Shown piece after piece: positions 25,595-33,649 of a DNA stretch of 64,000 nt; positions within the stretch are counted from its first letter, which is position 1; each line of letters starts with the position of its first letter. The DNA comes from Candidatus Actinomarinales bacterium (GTDB lineage Bacteria; Actinomycetota; Acidimicrobiia; Actinomarinales; Actinomarinaceae), in NCBI GenBank assembly GCA_004213405.1, contig SGYR01000002.1, positions 2,133 to 66,132 of the forward strand, given 5' to 3'. The notes beneath the pieces were generated by a model. The model had not been told where the DNA came from. It ran no database searches and saw only the letters and a list, made by a program, of their open reading frames with translations. Made by a program: the position numbers and the translations under genes.

Positions 25595-26482
25595 TTATAC
25601 TTCGCAGTCCTCTGGGAGATATTCTTCTGGAATGTTTTCATCACATTCTGCGATATCATCATAAGTTACTGAGAAGTCAGGTGAGAAGAACTTAGCATTT
25701 ATTTCAGCAAGTTTTCCACTATCCTTCATTGCTGCCAACCCTTGATTAACTACATCTACTAATGGACTTCCATTAGGAAATGCAAAACCGAGTTGTTCAG
25801 AAGTTAAGTCGCCACCAACCAATTGAACTTGGTCTTTGTTGGCTCCCATGTAACCTAAACCAGCTGTTTCATCAATGATTGATGCATCTGCATCACCAGA
25901 AATAACAGCTTGGATTGCAAAGTTAAAATCATCAAAAGCTTGAACTTTATCTTCTCCAAGTTCTGAAACTGCAAACTCATAGTTTGTAGTACCTTTTTGA
26001 GTAGCTACTGTGTAATCTCCATTTTTGAGATCATCGATACTTGTAATTTCTGTGTTTCCAACTGCTACAAGTACTCTTTGGGCTAAATTAATATATCCAT
26101 CAGAAAAGTCGATGATTTCATCTCTTTCAGCTGTAATAGTAATTCCATCACCTGCGACCATGAATTGGCCATCAGCTACTGCTTGTATCATTCCATCCCA
26201 TGCTGCTGGAACGTAAACTGGGGTAAAGTTCATTAATTTACCCATGTGGTTAAAGACATCATAGTCCCAACCTTTTGCTTCACCATCAGCGGCATCAATA
26301 TAGTTAAATGGAAGATACGCATTTTCTACAGCAAATGTAAATTCACATCCACCTAGATCAGGTAATCCATTTTCTCCTGTTGTAATTTCTACCTCATCAC
26401 AAGGTGTTGCGTCAGCGCCTCCACACGCAGCTGCAACCAATGCGAGAACAAAAATTAAAAGGAGTGATTTCTTAGTTTTCAC
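25595..26482 (-). CDS. amino-acid ABC transporter substrate-binding lipoprotein (SBP family 3)
   Basis: Lipobox LVAAACGG after a signal peptide. Family-3 SBP pattern (FAVENAYLPFNYID....GWDYDV, DGITIT.ER...IDFS, GFAFP). Confidence 0.85.
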   Translation of the reverse strand: MKTKKSLLLIFVLALVAAACGGADATPCDEVEITTGENGLPDLGGCEFTFAVENAYLPFNYIDAADGEAKGWDYDVFNHMGKLMNFTPVYVPAAWDGMIQAVADGQFMVAGDGITITAERDEIIDFSDGYINLAQRVLVAVGNTEITSIDDLKNGDYTVATQKGTTNYEFAVSELGEDKVQAFDDFNFAIQAVISGDADASIIDETAGLGYMGANKDQVQLVGGDLTSEQLGFAFPNGSPLVDVVNQGLAAMKDSGKLAEINAKFFSPDFSVTYDDIAECDENIPEEYLPEDCEV

Positions 26483-26556
26483 TTAGTAAACCTCCGTTTT
26501 CTTAAGTAATGATTATTGCATAAAAATGCATATAAATGAATAATTATACATATTTT

Positions 26557-27312
26557 TTATTCATCTAATGTATTTTTATAAACGGGTGGTCTTTTTTCTA
26601 AAAATGCTGACATTCCTTCAGCTGCATCTGAATGAAGAAATCGTTTATTCTGGTTTTCTGTTTCTAAATCTAACGATTCACTGAATGTTTTGTCCAAACC
26701 TTCTCTTATTTGTTGTTTAATCATGCATATAGATATGAAACTTTGTTTGTTTAAGCTTTCAATTAATGATTCGAATTCTTTATCCATATCTTCAAAAGAA
26801 CATAGCTTATGTAGAACACCAAGATTATTTAGTTCAGTACCATTAATTTCATTTGATGTCATCATTAAAGATTTTGCTTTTTGAATTCCAATAATTCGTG
26901 GTAGAACCCACGAACCACCAAAATCAACAACTAACCCTCTCCTAACAAAAACTTCAATAAATCTTGTCTCTGGTGTAGCAATTATAAAATCACTTAAAAG
27001 CATCATATTTGAACCAGCACCGGCCGCAATACCATTAACAAGCGAGATTACTGGTTTTTTACAATTCCATAAAGTTTCTGCAGCATTTGATACATCTTCC
27101 ATTAAGGAGTTAATATTTTCACCCAGTTGTGCTCCAGCGGAATAATTGCCATTAATATGTTTAATTACTAAATATTTCTGATCACTTTTTTCAAAAGATT
27201 CAATTTCAGATTTTAATGACTTCCAGTCTCCTGAACTTATAGCATTAAGAGAAGCTTTATCATTAAAGTATAGATACTTAATATCGTTTTCAATTTTTGA
27301 TTCAAGAACCAT
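26557..27312 (-). CDS. enoyl-CoA hydratase/isomerase (crotonase) family protein
   Basis: PVISLVNGIAAGAGSNMMLLSDFIIA (oxyanion-hole region) and EGMSAFLEKRPP at the C-terminus. Confidence 0.8.
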   Translation of the reverse strand: MVLESKIENDIKYLYFNDKASLNAISSGDWKSLKSEIESFEKSDQKYLVIKHINGNYSAGAQLGENINSLMEDVSNAAETLWNCKKPVISLVNGIAAGAGSNMMLLSDFIIATPETRFIEVFVRRGLVVDFGGSWVLPRIIGIQKAKSLMMTSNEINGTELNNLGVLHKLCSFEDMDKEFESLIESLNKQSFISICMIKQQIREGLDKTFSESLDLETENQNKRFLHSDAAEGMSAFLEKRPPVYKNTLDE

Positions 27313-27437
27313 ATTTCAAGTTTAATATATTTTAATTTAGAATGTAGTTATGGGATTTGATCCAAATAAACCTTATAAGGCAAATAAAACTGACTATATC
27401 AATATTATTTTTGCTTTCATACTTACGGCAATTGTTG

Positions 27438-28025
27438 TTATATGGGCTTTAAGCTAAAAGATTTTCTATGAATTTTAGATAAACCATGTTTTGAAATAGC
27501 CTCTCTATGATCTTTTGTTCCATAGCCTTTATTCTTTTCAAATGAATATTCAGGATATTTTTTTGAAAATTTGATCATTAAATTATCTCTGAGAACTTTT
27601 GCGATAATACTTGCTAAAGCTATTGCCCTGCAATTATCTTCTCCTCTAACCACAGAGATAGATTTAAAGTCGTTAATTTTAAAATGATCAACATATACTA
27701 TTTCATTGCCAGTGTAGATATCTGAGATTGAGTCAGTTAATACTTTTTCATTAGCATTTTTGATTCCAAATTGATCAATAAAAGTATTTGATGATTCATT
27801 AAATGAATACTCAATGTTATTTTCTTCGACCATTGAAAATATTTCTTCTCTTTTTTTTGCACTAAGTTTTTTTGAATCTTTTACATTAGTTAATAGTGCT
27901 AAATGTGAATAATTAATCTTTACCGCTGCTGCACATATTGGACCAGCGAAAGAACCTCTACCTACTTCATCTGCTCCTATTATGTATTTACTTGGATCTT
28001 CTGACCAAATTTTATCTTCAATCAT
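27438..28025 (-). CDS. rnhB: ribonuclease HII
   Basis: GADEVGRGSFAGPI (DEVGRG motif), DSKKLS, ASIIAKV and YGTKDH. Confidence 0.92.
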   Translation of the reverse strand: MIEDKIWSEDPSKYIIGADEVGRGSFAGPICAAAVKINYSHLALLTNVKDSKKLSAKKREEIFSMVEENNIEYSFNESSNTFIDQFGIKNANEKVLTDSISDIYTGNEIVYVDHFKINDFKSISVVRGEDNCRAIALASIIAKVLRDNLMIKFSKKYPEYSFEKNKGYGTKDHREAISKHGLSKIHRKSFSLKPI

Positions 28026-28608
28026 TTAAATTTGTAAAATTTTCAAATGGGAAAATCACATAATAAGCTTTCCCAACAATATTATTGTAAGGTATTGTTC
28101 CGATGTATCTAGAGTCTTGGCTGTTTATTCTGTTATCACCTAAAACAAATATCTCACCATCAGGGACAATATATGTTTGGTCTTTGAAGTATCTACCTTC
28201 TTCAATATTTAGCACTACAAATCTGTTGTTATTTACAAATACTTCTCCTGATTGATTGATAACCACTTCATCACCACCAGTACCAACAACTCGTTTAATT
28301 AATGCAGTATTCAAATAAGTCTGATTATTGGTTAGCTTCCAAATCTGTACAGACTCTATAAATTGGTCATAATAATTTTCATCAAACTGTGTTTGCGGAC
28401 CATAAAAGACAACAATATCACCGGTAGATATATCTGTCTCTATGAAGGTATTCTTTACTACTAAAACTCTGTCATTAACTTGTAAGGTTGGTTCCATAGA
28501 AGATGATGGAATGAAATAAATTTGTATTAGAAAAGTTCTAACTAATGTAGCTGCAACAATAGCTAAAACGATTATTAGTGATGACTTAAATAACTTCTTT
28601 ATAATAAT
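28018..28608 (-). CDS. lepB: signal peptidase I (5' end extended beyond the track ORF; non-canonical start)
   Basis: The track ORF begins at MEPTLQVNDRVLV, which is downstream of the catalytic Ser. Reading the same frame upstream gives ...KKLFKSSLIIVLAIVAATLVRTFLIQIYFIPSSSMEPTL (TM anchor plus the SSSM.PTL box). The frame is open back to the rplS stop (28617-28615). It contains no ATG, GTG or TTG, only ATT (28608, 28605) and ATA (28602). Downstream motifs GDNRINSQDSRY are present. Confidence 0.78.
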   Translation of the reverse strand: MIIKKLFKSSLIIVLAIVAATLVRTFLIQIYFIPSSSMEPTLQVNDRVLVVKNTFIETDISTGDIVVFYGPQTQFDENYYDQFIESVQIWKLTNNQTYLNTALIKRVVGTGGDEVVINQSGEVFVNNNRFVVLNIEEGRYFKDQTYIVPDGEIFVLGDNRINSQDSRYIGTIPYNNIVGKAYYVIFPFENFTNLND

Positions 28609-28614
28609 AAAAGT

Positions 28615-28959
28615 TTAATTACGATCTTCTTTTATTTTGGCTGATTTACCAACACGATCTCTTAGATAATAAAGTTTAGATCTTCTTACTTTACCTTTTC
28701 TAATAACTTCAATTGAGTCAACAATTGGGGCATGAACTGGAAAAATTCTTTCGACACCAACGCCAAAAGAAAGTTTTCTAACTGTAATAGTTTTATTTAC
28801 TCCTGCACCATTGATAGCAATAATAACACCTTCGAATGTCTGAATTCTTTCTCTGTTTCCTTCGGATACTTTTACATTAACTTTTACAGTATCTCCAGAA
28901 CCAAAAGAAGGTAGTTCTTCCTTTAAGAATTCATTTTCAATGCTTTTTATTAAGTCCAT
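28615..28959 (-). CDS. rplS: 50S ribosomal protein L19
   Basis: [49 protein letters not shown] and RRSKLYYLR. Confidence 0.97.
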   Translation of the reverse strand: MDLIKSIENEFLKEELPSFGSGDTVKVNVKVSEGNRERIQTFEGVIIAINGAGVNKTITVRKLSFGVGVERIFPVHAPIVDSIEVIRKGKVRRSKLYYLRDRVGKSAKIKEDRN

Positions 28960-28996
28960 AGTTGCTCCAGATGAGAATTATATAATTAAATTAAGT

Positions 28997-29632
28997 TTAT
29001 ATGTCTTTTAAATTATTCTTTTTCCATTCATCTATTTTTTGATGATTTCCGGACAAAAGCACCTCTGGTACTTCCTTATTTTTAAAGATTTCAGGTCTTG
29101 TATAGACAGGATAATCAATTTTATTATCTGTAAAAGTTTCACTTTTTAATGATTCAGGATTACCTAACACATCTGGAATTTTCCTAATCAACGCTTCTAA
29201 CAAATACAAAGCTGGCACTTCTCCCCCAGAAACAACAGATTGACCAATTGATATTTCATAATCAGAATGAATTTCTAAAATTCTTTGATCATAACCCTCG
29301 TATCTACCGCATACCAAATTAATTGACTTGTATTCAAGTAATTCACTTATAAGGTTTTCATTTAATTGTTGTCCTGATGGGGTAAGAAAAATATTAATAT
29401 CTGCCTTGCTGGAAGTTATAGCTTTGTCTAAAGGTTCTGGCATCAAAACCATTCCTGGTCCACCGCCATATGGAGCATCATCAACTTGTTTATAGGTTCC
29501 TATGCCAAAATCTCTAAGGTTTGTTGAATTTATAGCTACTAAATTATTTTTTAATGCTTGATTAATAATCCCGGTATTTTTCCATTCTTCAATTAGATTT
29601 GGAAATAATGTTATTACATTGTAAGAATTCAT
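28997..29632 (-). CDS. trmD: tRNA (guanine37-N1)-methyltransferase
   Basis: ITLFPNL, DDAPYGGGPGMVL, CGRYEGYDQR, SIGQSVVSGGEVPA and LLSGNH. Confidence 0.95.
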   Translation of the reverse strand: MNSYNVITLFPNLIEEWKNTGIINQALKNNLVAINSTNLRDFGIGTYKQVDDAPYGGGPGMVLMPEPLDKAITSSKADINIFLTPSGQQLNENLISELLEYKSINLVCGRYEGYDQRILEIHSDYEISIGQSVVSGGEVPALYLLEALIRKIPDVLGNPESLKSETFTDNKIDYPVYTRPEIFKNKEVPEVLLSGNHQKIDEWKKNNLKDI

Positions 29633-31464
29633 TTTTTTTCTAGAGTATTTTTTGTTTCGCTGAATTTTGTATATAGAGTGTTTCTCAAAATTGGATTTTT
29701 ATTTTCAGACTCAATTATTTGAATAAATTGATCTTCAGTTGTTTCTTGCCCATGATCTGCTCCTGAAGCTCTGCTAATGTTTTCATTGATCAAAGTACCA
29801 CCTAAATCATTAACACCAGCATGAAGGAGTTTGCCTGCTCCATCATGACCCAATTTCACCCAGCTTGCTTGAATGTTGTCTATTGAATTTACAAAGTAAA
29901 TTCGCGCTAATGAATGAATAAGAACTACCTCATCCCAAGTAGGTCCTGGCATACTTTTACCTTGTAAGTAAATAGGAGAACCCATATGTACAAAAGGAAG
30001 GGGTACAACTTCAGTAAATCCATTAGTTTTGCTTTGAACATTTTTAATTAATGAAAAATGATTAACCCAAGAATCTATATCATCAATATGTCCAAACATA
30101 ATTGTTGCTGTAGATTTTATCCCTAAGTTATGAGCTACTTCCATTACATATGCCCATTGTGAAGAAGTTATTTTATCAGGGCAAAGATATTTTCTAACTC
30201 TATCGTCTAATATCTCGGCCGCAGTACCGGGAAGTGTATTTAGTCCAGCTTTTTTTAACAGGCTTAAGTACTCTTCAACACTCAAACCAATAGTCTCTGC
30301 ACCTTGCCAAATTTCTAAAGGAGTGAAACCGTGAATATGCATTTCTGGAACAGAAGCTTTTATATCTTCTACCATTTTTAAATAAAACTCTCCCGTATAG
30401 TCAGGATGAATGCCGCCTTGTAAACACACTTCTGATGCACCCATATCATATGCTTCGACACTTCTTTCAACTACTTCTTGTATGTCAATGGTGTATGGTT
30501 TTTCTTTTAAATTTAAACTATTAGGACCTTTAGAAAATCCACAAAAACCACATTTGTAATAGCATTGATTCGTATAATTAATATTTCTATTCTTTACATA
30601 AGAAACATTATTTCCGTTTTTTAAAAAATTTAACTCATTAGCAACATTTGCAATATCATTTATTTTTTCTCCTGCGGTATTAAACAATACTCTCAGATCA
30701 TCATTATTAATTTGATATCCATCTAATACCCTTTTCAATATTGAGTCAATTTCAGAATGGTTGATTTGACTTTTATTGTTAAAGACAAAATTATTTAAAT
30801 TTGGGATATTTTTCCCACTACCAGGAGACCAACTTGTCTCTTTTCTTCTAAAACCTCTGACATTTCTAGTTTTTAAGAATCTAAAAAATCTTTCTTTATC
30901 AAATTCTTCTCTTGCCTCATCAATAGAAAATACGGGAGAAAGCAAAGTTCGCTCATAGAAATTTAGACCTTCTAGATTTTGAAGTTCTAATATCTGTTCG
31001 GAACTCCAATCCCTGAGGAGTAAATCTGAAACTCCTGCATTAGCAAATTCAATTGCTTCCTCAATTGTTTCAACGTATGTCGATGTTATAAAATTTGTTT
31101 TTGAGTTGATAGATTTAAGGAATTGTAGTTCTGAATTAGTAGAAATTAAAATTGTGTGTGGCTTTAGTCTATCGATAACCTCTAATGCGATTTCAATATT
31201 ATTTTTAAAAATGTAAATCAATCTTTTTGGATGAACAGATTTAAATTCTTTCCAGTTTTCATCAGTAACAATCCATACGTCTGAATTTATGGAGATATCC
31301 TTTGATACTGTTTGAAATTCCTTATTATGTAAATTATCTGTATTTACTGATACATCACTTTTTATTAAGAATGTAGAAGTTCCTTCTTTTTTTCTTGAAT
31401 TTAAATATATTTCGTTGTCGTTATCACATGGTCTGATTCGAAGAAAAGAAATGTTATTGTTCAT
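29629..31464 (-). CDS. cofH: FO (7,8-didemethyl-8-hydroxy-5-deazariboflavin) synthase subunit CofH with an unassigned ~240-aa N-terminal extension
   Basis: The C-terminal ~370 aa are CofH-like: VSYVKNRNINYTNQCYYKCGFCGF (radical-SAM CxxxCxxC), VCLQGGIHPD, HIHGFTP, LPGTAAEIL and NDLGGTLINENISR. I set the start to ATG 31464 (MNNNISF), which overlaps the cofG stop by 11 nt. Residues 1 to about 240 match nothing I recognise. Confidence 0.85.
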   Translation of the reverse strand: MNNNISFLRIRPCDNDNEIYLNSRKKEGTSTFLIKSDVSVNTDNLHNKEFQTVSKDISINSDVWIVTDENWKEFKSVHPKRLIYIFKNNIEIALEVIDRLKPHTILISTNSELQFLKSINSKTNFITSTYVETIEEAIEFANAGVSDLLLRDWSSEQILELQNLEGLNFYERTLLSPVFSIDEAREEFDKERFFRFLKTRNVRGFRRKETSWSPGSGKNIPNLNNFVFNNKSQINHSEIDSILKRVLDGYQINNDDLRVLFNTAGEKINDIANVANELNFLKNGNNVSYVKNRNINYTNQCYYKCGFCGFSKGPNSLNLKEKPYTIDIQEVVERSVEAYDMGASEVCLQGGIHPDYTGEFYLKMVEDIKASVPEMHIHGFTPLEIWQGAETIGLSVEEYLSLLKKAGLNTLPGTAAEILDDRVRKYLCPDKITSSQWAYVMEVAHNLGIKSTATIMFGHIDDIDSWVNHFSLIKNVQSKTNGFTEVVPLPFVHMGSPIYLQGKSMPGPTWDEVVLIHSLARIYFVNSIDNIQASWVKLGHDGAGKLLHAGVNDLGGTLINENISRASGADHGQETTEDQFIQIIESENKNPILRNTLYTKFSETKNTLEKK

Positions 31465-32575
31465 TGTGTTCTTTTGGATATCCATCTGTATCAATAATAT
31501 TATTAACTTTTTCAAAAATTTTACTATTTAACCATTCTTTTTTTATAAATTCGGGATAAACGGGTAACCTCTTTTTTAGAACTTGACCTGTACTTGAAAT
31601 ATCTAATTTTAATTTATTTATATTTGGCCATAAATGATCTGGATTTACCCAATCAATAGTTAATGGAGATATTCCACCTAGATCATTAATGCCACTATTT
31701 AAAAATATTGTTATATCGGGTGAAAGATTTGGTGGAACTTGAAGAGATATATGTGAAGGGGCGTAAATTCTAGTTGTGGCAATTATTCTTAAAAATAAAT
31801 CATTTGTTATTTCAGAACTATTCTTCATTAATGTATTTTTCTTTGCTCTGAAATTTTGTAATATTACTTCCTGAATTGCAGAGTTCTTTTTTACATAATC
31901 AATTAAATTTGATATATCATTTACAATTTCTTCTTTTGTTGGGGTTAAACCAAGAAGTAATCCAGTTGTGACTGGATATTTTTCTTCTAATGCATTGTTA
32001 AGGGTATCCAACCTTAAATCAATATATTTAGTATCTGTTTTGTAATGAGCTTTTCCCTTATCGTATATATTTTTTGAAAATGACTCAATCATAACCCCAC
32101 CAGATGGTGAGTATTTTCTTAACTCCTTAATCTCTTGTCTGCTCATTAAACCAGGGTTGGCGTGAGGAAAAAGATTAAATTTATCATTTACAACCTTCAT
32201 TGAACTAATTAAATAATCATGAGTTGAGGAATGGCCTAATTCTTTAAGTTGGGTTAAAGCAAAATCCCATTTGAGCTCTGGCTTATCTCCTAAAGTAAAC
32301 AAAGCTTCATAGCAACCAGCTTCATCACCAGCTTCTGCTATCGAGAGAACCTCTTCTTGATTTAAATAAGTTCCACCCTCTTTTGGAGATTTTACAAATG
32401 TACAATATCCACAATTATCTCTACACATTGTTGTTAGTGGAATAAAAACTTTAGGACTATATGTTATTTTGTCGCCAAAGTAATTTATTTTCTTCTCAAA
32501 AGCATTAGATAACAGTTCTTCAGTTGAAACTGCTCCAAAGATGGAATCATTAATTTTTCTTGTTAAATCTGTCAT
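31454..32575 (-). CDS. cofG: FO synthase subunit CofG
   Basis: VFIPLTTMCRDNCGYCTF (radical-SAM cluster motif of CofG), HANPGLM, VTTGLLLGL and INDLGGISPLT. Confidence 0.9.
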   Translation of the reverse strand: MTDLTRKINDSIFGAVSTEELLSNAFEKKINYFGDKITYSPKVFIPLTTMCRDNCGYCTFVKSPKEGGTYLNQEEVLSIAEAGDEAGCYEALFTLGDKPELKWDFALTQLKELGHSSTHDYLISSMKVVNDKFNLFPHANPGLMSRQEIKELRKYSPSGGVMIESFSKNIYDKGKAHYKTDTKYIDLRLDTLNNALEEKYPVTTGLLLGLTPTKEEIVNDISNLIDYVKKNSAIQEVILQNFRAKKNTLMKNSSEITNDLFLRIIATTRIYAPSHISLQVPPNLSPDITIFLNSGINDLGGISPLTIDWVNPDHLWPNINKLKLDISSTGQVLKKRLPVYPEFIKKEWLNSKIFEKVNNIIDTDGYPKEHNEQ

Positions 32576-32644
32576 AAATAATGTTTTTAAGCTATATTAT
32601 TAGTTGATTGTAACAACAATTAATCAATAATCTTGTGAGGGTTA

Positions 32645-33649
32645 ATGGCAAATGTATCTTTAGTTGGCTTTGGAAGAATAGGTAGAGATCTATTTAGGCA
32701 AACATTGGGTGATACTGATATAAACATTGTATCTATTTCTGACACCGCTGATAAAGCTAACTTAATTTATTTATTAAAGTACGACTCAATTTACGGAAAG
32801 CTAGATGCAGAAATTGAGGAATCTGAAACTGGTATTGTTGTTAATGGTAAAGAAATCATATTTAATTCTTGGAAAAATGGTGACGAAGCAAATTGGGATG
32901 AACTAAACACTGACATCGTAGTTCTTGCAACTGGTAGACCGAAGACTAAAGAAGAAGTTGATAAACATTTATCAAAAGGTTGTAAAAAAGTTATCGTTGC
33001 CTCAACTCCCGAAAATTTCGAAGATATACAAATATATGTGCCTGGTGCAAACGATGAAGAGATAGATTTAAACTCAAGAGTATTTTCCTTAGGTTCCAAT
33101 ACAGCAAATGCAGTTGCACCCATTCTTAAAGCTTTAGATAGTAAAGTTGGGGTTGAAAGAGCATTTCTTACGACTGTTCATGGATATTCAAATTCAAACC
33201 GTTTAGCAGATGTAGCAGGTGAAGGTTTTAGACTTAACAGAGCAGCTGGTGAAAATATTATCCCAAGTATTACTAAGTCTTCTGAGGTAATATCAAATGT
33301 TCTTCCATTCATAGAAGGAAAGATAGCTTCATCGTCTATGACAGTACCAATTCCTGACGGAAGTACAGTTGATTTGACAATTGATATCAAAAACAAAACA
33401 AGTATTGAAGATATCAATAAAATAATTGAGGATGCTTCCAATTCTGATTTAAAAAACATTATCGGATTAACATATGATCCAATTGTTTCTTCTGATGTTG
33501 TGAGAAGTACACTCTCTGGTTTAGTGGACGGGTTAGCAACAATGGGTATTAATAATAAAAAAATTAAAATCATTATTTGGTTTGATAATGGTTGGGGTTA
33601 TGCGGCTAGAATTGTCGATACAGTGAAAAAGCTCAGTCAGGTGTTATAA
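32645..33649 (+). CDS. glyceraldehyde-3-phosphate dehydrogenase paralogue lacking the catalytic cysteine (probable pseudo-enzyme or neofunctionalised)
   Basis: Full-length GAPDH fold (VGFGRIGR NAD motif, TTVHGYS, W.DN.WGY). The active-site box reads SLGSNTANAVAP where GAPDH has SNASCTTNCLAP, so Cys is replaced by Asn (codon AAT, verified in the DNA). The STGAAKA phosphate loop reads SITKSSEV. Confidence 0.8.
   Translation: MANVSLVGFGRIGRDLFRQTLGDTDINIVSISDTADKANLIYLLKYDSIYGKLDAEIEESETGIVVNGKEIIFNSWKNGDEANWDELNTDIVVLATGRPKTKEEVDKHLSKGCKKVIVASTPENFEDIQIYVPGANDEEIDLNSRVFSLGSNTANAVAPILKALDSKVGVERAFLTTVHGYSNSNRLADVAGEGFRLNRAAGENIIPSITKSSEVISNVLPFIEGKIASSSMTVPIPDGSTVDLTIDIKNKTSIEDINKIIEDASNSDLKNIIGLTYDPIVSSDVVRSTLSGLVDGLATMGINNKKIKIIIWFDNGWGYAARIVDTVKKLSQVL

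Noticed and set aside
27350-27457. A 35-codon plus-strand ORF (MGFDPNKPYKANKTDYINIIFAFILTAIVVIWALS) in the rnhB/crotonase spacer. It would encode a single-TM mini-protein.
   Set aside because: It has no SD, overlaps the rnhB 3' end by 20 nt and is short enough to arise by chance in AT-rich DNA. It is worth a look only if conserved in relatives.
28018-28497. Taking ATG 28497 as the true lepB start, as in the track.
   Set aside because: That would delete the TM anchor and the catalytic Ser of the SSSM box, both of which are encoded in-frame immediately upstream. See the lepB finding.
31465-31515. Upstream extension of the cofH ORF (MKKLIILLIQMDIQKNT...), overlapping cofG by 62 nt.
   Set aside because: The internal ATG at 31464 gives the common short overlap with the cofG stop. 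The longer overlap is unnecessary. I cannot exclude it, but it does not change the call.
32604-32627. Imperfect inverted repeat TTGATTG...CAATTAATCAA in the cofG/gap-like divergent spacer.
   Set aside because: It needs a 4-nt bulge to pair and is made of AT-rich words that are common in this genome. No independent support.
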